From Bugula neritina (taxonomy: Eukaryota; Animalia; Bryozoa), in contig CAXIUT010000073.1 in NCBI GenBank assembly GCA_964035545.1, positions 62,001-126,000 on the forward strand: a stretch of 64,000 nucleotides of DNA. Direction: 5' to 3'. Positions 53,101 to 64,000 of this stretch are shown one piece after another. Numbering within the stretch: the stretch's first letter is position 1; every line of letters begins with the position of its first letter. The notes beneath the pieces were generated by a model. That model made no database searches. It saw nothing but the letters and a program-made list of their open reading frames with translations, and had not been told where the DNA came from. The translations under genes were made by a program, and so were the position numbers.

Positions 53101-56100
53101 GTATTGGCACGTTGCCATTTGATATTTGGTAATATTTCGCATCACAACAAACTCTTCAGAAAGTTAAGAAAATTAGTCTAGAAAGTTAATGAAATAAACC
53201 TACCAGAGAGAGTAAGCCAGATGTAACAAGTAGATCCAAAACAAGTTGATTAACAATTGAAGTTGAAATCTCCATGTAGTGAACACTTTAGTCCTAATGT
53301 CAAATGCAAACGTCTGCAACCAAACTGTGTAGACTTCATGAGCTGGTTAGCTGACAGGACTCATTAAAGTTCTTAACTGTTGTGTGTATAGTGATGCCCA
53401 TCTTGAACTAGAGAGGGCTGACGGAAGACTGCTACTTTGTGAAAATTGACAATGCATATTATTATTATTCATTGTTGAGATTCACGGCTGCCATAAACAA
53501 TGATAAAATATTCATTGTTGGTACTACTGAGTAGAATAAAATATAATATAATATTATTTTCTGGACAGATAAATAATATCAAATGCATATTATAACTTAC
53601 CATAAATCTACAGTGCTTCACATCTTCACCTTTTTCTGCAATGTTATTTCTTTGCAGTTAGAAGTACTAGCTGAATATATGACTATGAAACATAACCCTT
53701 CAATTTCATTGCACCAGCACCAGTTGCAAGATAGGTGTGTTGGGAGTTATCTTTCCTATAATTTTGCTCTTGGCATTTATACGAAGCAGACACAGGCTAA
53801 TATTAGTTTTGTTATTTGCAAGAGTTTTTCTGTCTGATTGTCCATCAGCAAAAGTTTGCGCCCTGCAGTTATTATGGAAATACCAGTGCTGCTGGAAGAC
53901 CTTTGCATTGTACACCCGCCTTTACTATTGATTTTAGATGTTTTATTTTCCCACCCCCTCTCCTGCCCCCTGTCCCCTCTAACAACCAGCAATCCTGACT
54001 CATGTGAAATGTGTTATTGTTTTAGAGTTGGACCATGGGCCTACAGTATACGATTTGAAGTTTTATAGTTTACAGGCAGTCGAGATGAGTCACTGCTGAA
54101 ACCCATTTTATTAGTAGACTATATTGCTCTTCAATCATCAGTTTTCATATTAAAACAGAAAGCTCGTCTGCAGCGCCATTTCACAGTGTTATATTATGCT
54201 AGAGCAATAACTAATTTTAGATGCCTTTGCAAACATATGAGAAATAAATGAGTCATTTTATGAAAAGAGGTGTTTGCAGCACTTGTCCACTTTTGATTTA
54301 CACGCGGCATGGAAACTTTTGTAGTTTCAAATACATCTCATACAAACTCATCACTTGCATGTGTTTATACACTTGATAAAATTTTTTATGCAAAACTTGA
54401 TGCCTGCTTCAAAGACACCAGTGCTTAATTACTGTGTTAACTGTATTGGCACGTTGACATGAGATATTTGGTAATATTTCGCATCATAACAAACTCTTCA
54501 GAAAGTTAAGAAAATCAGTCTAGAAAGTTAATGAAATAAACCTACCCGAAAGAGTAAGCCAGATGTAACAAGTAGATCCAAAACAAGTTGATTAACAATT
54601 GAAGTTGAAATCTCCATGTAGTCAACACTTTAGTCCTAATGTCAAATGCAAACGTCTGCAATCAAACTGTGTAGACTTCGTGAGCTGGTTAGCTGACAGG
54701 ACTCATTAAAGTTCTTAACTCTTGTGTGTATAGTGATGCCCATCTTGAACTAGAGAGGGCTGACTGAAGACTGCTACTTTGTGAAAATTGACAATGCATA
54801 TTATTATTATTCATTGTTGAGATTCACGACTGCCATAAACAATGATAAAATATCCATTGTTGGTACTACTGAGTAGAATAATATATAATATAATATTTTC
54901 TTGACAGATAAATAATATCATATACAGAATCTAACTTACCATAACTCTACAGTGCTTCACCTCTTCAACTTTTTCGGCAATGTTATTTCCTTCTAGTTGG
55001 AAGTACTAGCTGAATATAGGACTTTGAAACATAACCCTTCAATTTCATTGCACCAGCACCGGTTGCAAGATAGGTGTGTTGGGAGTTATCTTTCCTAAAA
55101 TTTTGTTCTTGGCGTTTATACGAAGCAGACACAGGCTAATATTAGTTTTGTTATTTGCAAGAGTTTTTCTGTCTGATTGTCTATCAGCAAAAGTTTGCGC
55201 CCTGCAGTTATAATGGAAATACCAGTGCTGCTGGAAGACCTTTGCATTGTACACCCGCCTTTACTATTGAATTTAGATGTTTTATTTTCCCACCCCCTCT
55301 CCTGCCCCCTGTCCCCTCTAACAACCAGCAATCCTGACTCATGTGAAATGTGTTATTGTTTTAGAGTTGGACCATGGGCCTACAGTATACGATTTGAAGT
55401 TTTATAGTTTACAGGCAGTCGAGATGAGTCACTGCTGAAACCCATTTTATTAGTAGACTATATTGCTCTTCAATCATCAGTTTTCATATTAAAACAGAAA
55501 GCTCATCTGCAGCGCCATTTCACAGTGTTATATTTTGCTAGAGCAATAACTAATTTTAGATGCCTTTGCAAACATATGAGAAATAAATGAGTCATTCTAT
55601 GAAAAGAGGTGTTTGCAGCACTTGTCCACTTTTGATTTACACGCGGCATGGAAACTTTTGTAGCTTCAAATACATCTCATACAAACTCATCACCTGCATG
55701 TGTTTATACACTTGATAAAATTTTTTATGCAAAACTTGATGCCTGCTTCAAAGACACCAGTGCTTAATTACTGTGTTAACTGTATTGGCGCGTTGCCATG
55801 AGATATTTGGTAATATTTCGCATCACAACAAACTCTTCAGAAAGTTAAGAAACTCAGTTTAGAAAGTTAATGAAATAAACCTACCAGAGAGAGTAAGCCA
55901 GATGTGACAAGTAGATTCAAAACAAGTTGATTAACAATTGAAGTTGAAATCTCCATGTAGCGAACACTTTAGTCCTAATGTCAAATGCAAACGTCTGCAA
56001 CCAAACTGTGTAGACTTCGTGAGCTGGTTAGCTGACAGGACTCATTAAAGTTCTTAACTCTTGTGTGTATAGTGATGCCCATCTTGAACTAGAGAGGGCT

Positions 56101-56609
56101 GACTGAAGACTGCTACTTTGTGAAAATTGACAATGCATATTAATATTATTCATTGTTGAGATTCACGACTGCCATAAACAATGATAAAATATCCATTGTT
56201 GGTACTACTGAGTAGAATAAAATATAATATAATATTTTCTTGACAGATAAATAATATCATATACAGAATCTAACTTACCATAACTCTACAGTGCTTCACC
56301 TCTTCAACTTTTTCGGCAATGTTATTTCTTTGCAGTTAGAAGTACTAGCTGAATATATGACTATGAAACATAACCCTTCAATTTCATTGCACCAGCACCA
56401 GTTGCAAGATAGGTGTGTTGGGAGTTATCTTTCCTATAATTTTGCTCTTGGCATTTATACGAAGCAGACACAGGCTAATATTAGTTTTGTTATTTGCAAG
56501 AGTTTTTCTGTCTGATTGTCCATCAGCAAAAGTTTGCGCCCTGCAGTTATTATGGAAATACCAGTGCTGCTGGAAGACCTTTGCATTGTACACCCGCCTT
56601 TACTATTGA
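35160..56609. repeat. 8-monomer higher-order duplication, two copies, period 10,708 bp
   Basis: Rare variants recur at an offset of exactly 10,708 bp: gacactagtg at ~35680 and ~46388, and ORF variants at 36765/47473, 37638/48346, 38982/49690, 42875/53583, 44337/55045 and 45583/56291. Confidence 0.93.
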
Positions 56610-59600
56610 TTTTAGATGTTTTATTTTCCCACCCCCTCTCCTGCCCCCTGTCCCCTCTAACAACCAGCAATCCTGACTCATGTGAAATGTGTTATTGTTT
56701 TAGAGTTGGACCATGGGCCTACAGTATACGATTTGAAGTTTTATAGTTTACAGGCAGTCGAGATGAGTCACTGCTGAAACCCATTTTATTAGTAGACTAT
56801 ATTGCTCTTCAATCATCAGTTTTCATATTAAAACAGAAAGCTCGTCTGCAGCGACATTTCACAGTGTTATATTATGCTAGAGCAATAACTAATTTTAGAT
56901 GCCTTTGCAAACATATGAGAAATAAATGAGTCATTCTATGAAAAGAGGTGTTTGCAGCACTTGTCCACTTTTGATTTACACGCGGCATGGAAACTTTTGT
57001 AGTTTCAAATACATCTCATACAAACTCATCACTTGCTTGTGTTTATACACTTGATAAAATTTTTTATGCAAAACTTGATGCCTGCTTCAAAGACACCAGT
57101 GCTTAATTACTGTGTTAACTGTATTGGCGCGTTGCCATGAGATATTTGGTAATATTTCGCATCACAACAAACTCTTCAGAAAGTTAAGAAACTCAGTCTA
57201 GAAAGTTAATGAAATAAACCTACCAGAGAGAGTAAGCCAGATGTGACAAGTAGATTCAAAACAAGTTGATTAACAATTGAAGTTGAAATCTCCATGTAGC
57301 GAACACTTTAGTCCTAATGTCAAATGCAAACGTCTGCAACCAAACTGTGTAGACTTCGTGAGCTGGTTAGCTGACAGGACTCATTGAAGTTCTTAACTCT
57401 TGTGTGTATAGTGATGCCCATCTTGAACTAGAGAGGGCTGACTGAAGACTGCTACTTTGTGAAAATTGACAATGCATATTAATATTATTCATTGTTGAGA
57501 TTCACGACTGCCATAAACAATGATAAAATATCCATTGTTGGTACTACTGAGTAGAATAATATATAATATAATATTTTCTTGACAGATAAATAATATCATA
57601 TACAGAATCTAACTTACCATAACTCTACAGTGCTTCACCTCTTCAACTTTTTCGGCAATGTTATTTCCTTCTAGTTGGAAGTACTAGCTGAATATAGGAC
57701 TTTGAAACATAACCCTTCAATTTCATTGCACCAGCACTGGTTGCAAGATAGGTGTGTTGGGAGTTATCTTTCCTAAAATTTTGTTCTTGGCGTTTATACG
57801 AAGCAGACACAGGCTAATATTAGTTTTGTTATTTGCAAGAGTTTTTCTGTCTGATTGTCCATCAGCAAAAGTTTGCGCCCTGCAGTTATAATGGAAATAC
57901 CAGTGCTGCTGGAAGACCTTTGCATTGTACACCCGCCTTTACTATTGAATTTAGATGTTTTATTTTCCCACCCCCTCTCCTGCCCCCTGTCCCCTCTAAC
58001 AACCAGCAATCCTGACTCATGTGAAATGTGTTATTGTTTTAGAGTTGGACCATGGGCCTACAGTATACGATTTGAAGTTTTATAGTTTACAGGCAGTCGA
58101 GATGAGTCACTGCTGAAACCCATTTTATTAGTAGACTATATTGCTCTTTAATCATCAGTTTTCATATTAAAACAGAAAGCTCTTCTGCAGCGCCATTTCA
58201 CAGTGTTATATTTTGCTAGAGCAATAACTAATTTTAGATGCCTTTGCAAACATATGAGAAATAAATGAGTCATTCTATGAAAAGAGGTGTTTGCAGCACT
58301 TGTCCACTTTTGATTTACACGCGGCATGGAAACTTTTGTAGTTTTAAATAATATCTCCAAACTCATCACTTGCATGTGTTTAGATACTTGATAAAAATTT
58401 TTATGCAAAACTTGATGCCTGCTTCAAAGACACCAGTGCTTAATTACTGTGTTAACTGTATTGGCGCGTTGCCATGAGATATTTGGTAATATTTCGCATC
58501 ACAACAAACTCTTCAGAAAGTTAAGAAAATCAGTCTAGAAAGTTAATGAAATAAACCTACCCGAAAGAGTAAGCCAGATGTAACAAGTAGATCCAAAACA
58601 AGTTGATTAACAATTGAAGTTGAAATCTCCATGTAGTCAACACTTTAGTCCTAATGTCAAATGCAAACGTCTGCAATCAAACTGTGTAGACTTCATGAGC
58701 TGGTTAGCTGACAGGACTCATTAAAGTTCTTAACTCTTGTGTGTATAGTGATGCCCATCTTGAACTAGAGAGGGCTGACTGAAGACTGCTACTTTGTGAA
58801 AATTGACAATGCATATTATTATTATTCATTGTTGAGATTCACGACTGCCATAAACAATGATAAAATATTCTTTGTTGGTACTACTGAGTAGAATAAAATA
58901 TAATATAATATTATTTTCTGGACAGATAAATAATATCAAATGCATATTATAACTTACCATAACTCTACAGTGCTTCACATCTTCACCTTTTTCTGCAATG
59001 TTATTTCTTTGCAGTTAGAAGTACTAGCTGAATATATGACTATGAAACATAACCCTTCAATTTCATTGCACCAGCACCAGTTGCAAGATAGGTGTGTTGG
59101 GAGTTATCTTTCCTAAAATTTTGTTCTTGGCGTTTATACGAAGCAGACACAGGCTAATATTAGTTTTGTTATTTGCAAGAGTTTTTCTGTCTGATTGTCC
59201 ATCAGCAAAAGTTTGCGCCCTGCAGTTATAATGGAAATACCAGTGCTGCTGGAAGACCTTTGCATTGTACACCCGCCTTTACTATTGAATTTAGATGTTT
59301 TATTTTCCCACCCCCTCTCCTGCCCCCTGTCCCCTCTAACAACCAGCAATCCTGACTCATGTGAAATGTGTTATTGTTTTAGAGTTGGACCATGGGCCTA
59401 CAGTATACGATTTGAAGTTTTATAGTTTACAGGCAGTGGAGATGAGTCACTGCTGAAACCCATTTTATTAGTAGACTATATTGCTCTTCAATCATCAGTT
59501 TTCATATTAAAACAGAAAGCTCATCTGCAGCGCCATTTCACAGTGTTATATTTTGCTAGAGCAATAACTAATTTTAGATGCCTTTGCAAACATATGAGAA

Positions 59601-62600
59601 ATAAATGAGTCATTCTATGAAAAGAGGTGTTTGCAGCACTTGTCCACTTTTGATTTACACGCGGCATGGAAACTTTTGTAGCTTCAAATACATCTCATAC
59701 AAACTCATCACCTGCATGTGTTTATACACTTGATAAAACTTTTTATGCAAAACTTGATGCCTGCTTCAAAGACACCAGTGCTTAATTACTGTGTTAACTG
59801 TATTGGCGCGTTGCCATGAGATATTTGGTAATATTTCGCATCACAACAAACTCTTCAGAAAGTTAAGAAACTCAGTTTAGAAAGTTAATGAAATAAACCT
59901 ACCAGAGAGAGTAAGCCAGATGTGACAAGTAGATTCAAAACAAGTTGATTAACAATTGAAGTTGAAATCTCCATGTAGCGAACACTTTAGTCCTAATGTC
60001 AAATGCAAACGTCTGCAACCAAACTGTGTAGACTTCGTGAGCTGGTTAGCTGACAGGACTCATTAAAGTTCTTAACTCTTGTGTGTATAGTGATGCCCAT
60101 CTTGAACTAGAGAGGGCTGACTGAAGACTGCTACTTTGTGAAAATTGACAATGCATATTAATATTATTCATTGTTGAGATTCACGACTGCCATAAACAAT
60201 GATAAAATATCCATTGTTGGTACTACTGAGTAGAATAATATATAATATAATATTTTCTTGACAGATAAATAATATCATATACAGAATCTAACTTACCATA
60301 ACTCTACAGTGCTTCACCTCTTCAACTTTTTCGGCAATGTTATTTCCTTCTAGTTGGAAGTACTAGCTGAATATAGGACTTTGAAACATAACCCTTCAAT
60401 TTCATTGCACCAGCACCGGTTGCAAGATCGGTGTGTTGGGAGTTATCTTTCCTAAAATTTTGTTCTTGGCGTTTATACGAAGCAGACACAGGCTAATATT
60501 AGTTTTGTTATTTGCAAGAGTTTTTCTGTCTGATTGTCTATCAGCAAAAGTTTGCGCCCTGCAGTTATAATGGAAATACCAGTGCTGCTGGAAGACCTTT
60601 GCATTGTACACCCGCCTTTACTATTGAATTTAGATGTTTTATTTTCCCACCCCCTCTCCTGCTCCCTGTCCCCTCTAACAACCAGCAATCCTGACTCATG
60701 TGAAATGTGTTATTGTTTTAGAGTTGGACCATGGGCCTACAGTATACGATTTGAAGTTTTATAGTTTACAGGCAGTCGAGATGAGTCACTGCTGAAACCC
60801 ATTTTATTAGTAGACTATATTGCTCTTCAATCATCAGTTTTCATATTAAAACAGAAAGCTCATCTGCAGCGCCATTTCACAGTGTTATATTTTGCTAGAG
60901 CAATAACTAATTTTAGATGCCTTTGCAAACATATGAGAAATAAATGAGTCATTCTATGAAAAGAGGTGTTTGCAGCACTTGTCCACTTTTGATTTACACG
61001 CGGCATGGAAACTTTTGTAGTTTTAAATAATATCTCCAAACTCATCACTTGCATGTGTTTAGATACTTGATAAAATTTTTTATGCAAAACTTGATGCCTG
61101 CTTCAAAGACACCAGTGCTTAATTACTGTGTTAACTGTATTGGCACGTTGCCATGAGATATTTGGTAATATTTCGCATCACAACAAACTCTTCAGAAAGT
61201 TAAGAAAATCAGTCTAGAAAGTTAATGAAATAAACCTACCCGAAAGAGTAAGCCAGATGTAACAAGTAGATCCAAAACAAGTTGATTAACAATTGAAGTT
61301 GAAATCTCCATGTAGTCAACACTTTAGTCCTAATGTCAAATGCAAACGCCTGCAATCAAACTGTGTAGACTTCGTGAGCTGGTTAGCTGACAGGACTCAT
61401 TAAAGTTCTTAACTCTTGTGTGTATAGTGATGCCCATCTTGAACTAGAGAGGGCTGACTGAAGACTGCTACTTTGTGAAAATTGACAATGCATATTATTA
61501 TTATTCATTGTTGAGATTCACGACTGCCATAAACAATGATAAAATATTCTTTGTTGGTGCTACTGAGTAGAATAAAATATAATATAATATTATTTTCTGG
61601 ACAGATAAATAATATCAAATGCATATTATAACTTACCATAAATCTACAGTGCTTCACATCTTCACCTTTTTCTGCAATGTTATTTCTTTGCAGTTAGAAG
61701 TACTAGCTGAATATATGACTATGAAACATAACCCTTCAATTTCATTGCACCAGCACCAGTTGCAAGATAGGTGTGTTGGGAGTTATCTTTCCTATAATTT
61801 TGCTCTTGGCATTTATACGAAGCAGACACAGGCTAATATTAGTTTTGTTATTTGCAAGAGTTTTTCTGTCTGATTGTCCATCAGCAAAAGTTTGCGCCCT
61901 GCAGTTATTATGGAAATACCAGTGCTGCTGGAAGACCTTTGCATTGTACACCCGCCTTTACTATTGATTTTAGATGTTTTATTTTCCCACCCCCTCTCCT
62001 GCCCCCTGTCCCCTCTAACAACCAGCAATCCTGACTCATGTGAAATGTGTTATTGTTTTAGAGTTGGACCATGGGCCTACAGTATACGATTTGAAGTTTT
62101 ATAGTTTACAGGCAGTCGAGATGAGTCACTGCTGAAACCCATTTTATTAGTAGACTATATTGCTCTTCAATCATCAGTTTTCATATTAAAACAGAAAGCT
62201 CGTCTGCAGCGCCATTTCACAGTGTTATATTATGCTAGAGCAATAACTAATTTTAGATGCCTTTGCAAACATATGAGAAATAAATGAGTCATTTTATGAA
62301 AAGAGGTGTTTGCAGCACTTGTCCACTTTTGATTTACACGCGGCATGGAAACTTTTGTAGTTTCAAATACATCTCATACAAACTCATCACTTGCATGTGT
62401 TTATACACTTGATAAAATTTTTTATGCAAAACTTGATGCCTGCTTCAAAGACACCAGTGCTTAATTACTGTGTTAACTGTATTGGCACGTTGACATGAGA
62501 TATTTGGTAATATTTCGCATCACAACAAACTCTTCAGAAAGTTAAGAAAATCAGTCTAGAAAGTTAATGAAATAAACCTACCCGAAAGAGTAAGCCAGAT

Positions 62601-64000
62601 GTAACAAGTAGATCCAAAACAAGTTGATTAACAATTGAAGTTGAAATCTCCATGTAGTCAACACTTTAGTCCTAATGTCAAATGCAAACGTCTGCAATCA
62701 AACTGTGTAGACTTCGTGAGCTGGTTAGCTGACAGGACTCATTAAAGTTCTTAACTCTTGTGTGTATAGTGATGCCCATCTTGAACTAGAGAGGGCTGAC
62801 TGAAGACTGCTACTTTGTGAAAATTGACAATACATATTATTATTATTCATTGTTGAGATTCACGACTGCCATAAACAATGATAAAATATCCATTGTTGGT
62901 ACTACTGAGTAGAATAATATATAATATAATATTTTCTTGACAGATAAATAATATCATATACAGAATCTAACTTACCATAACTCTACAGTGCTTCACCTCT
63001 TCAACTTTTTCGGCAATGTTATTTCTTTGCAGTTAGAAGTACTAGCTGAATATATGACTATGAAACATAACCCTTCAATTTCATTGCACCAGCACCAGTT
63101 GCAAGATAGGTGTGTTGGGAGTTATCTTTCCTATAATTTTGCTCTTGGCATTTATACGAAGCAGACACAGGCTAATATTAGTTTTGTTATTTGCAAGAGT
63201 TTTTCTGTCTGATTGTCCATCAGCAAAAGTTTGCGCCCTGCAGTTATTATGGAAATACCAGTGCTGCTGGAAGACCTTTGCATTGTACACCCGCCTTTAC
63301 TATTGATTTTAGATGTTTTATTTTCCCACCCCCTCTCCTGCCCCCTGTCCCCTCTAACAACCAGCAATCCTGACTCATGTGAAATGTGTTATTGTTTTAG
63401 AGTTGGACCATGGGCCTACAGTATACGATTTGAAGTTTTATAGTTTACAGGCAGTCGAGATGAGTCACTGCTGAAACCCATTTTATTAGTAGACTATATT
63501 GCTCTTCAATCATCAGTTTTCATATTAAAACAGAAAGCTCGTCTGCAGCGACATTTCACAGTGTTATATTATGCTAGAGCAAGAACTAATTTTAGATGCC
63601 TTTGCAAACATATGAGAAACAAATGAGTCATTCTATGAAAAGAGGTGTTTGCAGCACTTGTCCACTTTTGATTTACACGCGGCATGGAAACTTTTGTAGT
63701 TTCAAATACATCTCATACAAACTCATCACTTGCATGTGTTTATACACTTGATAAAATTTTTTATGCAAAACTTGATGCCTGCTTCAAAGACACCAGTGCT
63801 TAATTACTGTGTTAACTGTATTGGCGCGTTGCCATGAGATATTTGGTAATATTTCGCATCACAACAAACTCTTCAGAAAGTTAAGAAACTCAGTCTAGAA
63901 AGTTAATGAAATAAACCTACCAGAGAGAGTAAGCCAGATGTGACAAGTAGATTCAAAACAAGTTGATTAACAATTGAAGTTGAAATCTCCATGTAGCGAA
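53532..64000. repeat. Subfamily B domain (more heterogeneous monomers, 1337-1342 bp)
   Basis: Diagnostic alleles: cccaccccc...gccccctg (C5), aaaagtttgcgccctgcag, ccagtgctgctgg, gaagttttatagtttac, cacgactgcc, ctactgag, catgagat. Many copies also carry +2 bp (aaatacatctcatacaaac), and some carry +3 bp (aatattattttctgg). Confidence 0.9.

Larger units (their letters stand above)
1..64000. repeat. Macrosatellite / long-monomer tandem array, ~1,338-bp unit, ~47.8 copies, head-to-tail, no interruptions or inversions
   Basis: The marker (gag)tagaataa recurs at 1, 1339, 2677, 4015, 5353, 6691, 8029, 9367, 10705, 12043, 13381, 14719, 16059, 17397, 18737, 20075, 21413, 22753, 24091, 25431, 26769, 28107, 29445, 30783, 32121, 33459, 34797, 36135, 37473, 38811, 40148, 41486, 42824, 44166, 45505, 46843, 48181, 49519, 50856, 52194, 53532, 54874, 56213, 57552, 58889, 60231, 61568 and 62910. 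Unit lengths are 1337-1342 bp, and the ORF track repeats with the same period. Confidence 0.99.

Noticed and set aside
1-64000. CRISPR array or prokaryotic mobile element
   Set aside because: There are no short repeats with unique spacers, no cas or transposase ORFs, and no terminal inverted repeats. The entire 1.34-kb unit is repeated.
1-64000. Whole array as an assembly artefact
   Set aside because: Monomers carry structured, position-dependent SNP and indel haplotypes and two subfamilies, which collapsing or looping artefacts would not generate. Individual block duplications still need read-level confirmation.

Overview
The whole 64-kb window is one uninterrupted head-to-tail tandem array (macrosatellite) of an AT-rich ~1,338-bp monomer: 47 complete copies plus a partial 48th, with both ends running off the window. 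It looks eukaryotic and non-coding. Every ORF in the track is a short (60-86 aa) frame repeated with the monomer, and most are broken by stops or indels in some copies. I see no recognisable protein gene, tRNA, rRNA, snRNA, transposase or CRISPR array. The informative structure lies in the variants. (i) There are two monomer subfamilies, A on the left and B on the right, with a mosaic transition zone. (ii) There are nested multi-monomer duplications (2-, 5-, 7- and 8-mer periods), including a 10,708-bp duplication whose crossover maps to about 40 bp. (iii) There are conversion-like patches and many CpG-type polymorphisms. Each monomer carries three perfect AP-1-type TGA(C/G)TCA sites, one canonical G-quadruplex motif, and two strong minus-strand splice-donor motifs. 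These suggest, but do not prove, an amplified enhancer module and/or a repeated-exon lncRNA. The organism and repeat family cannot be identified from the sequence alone.
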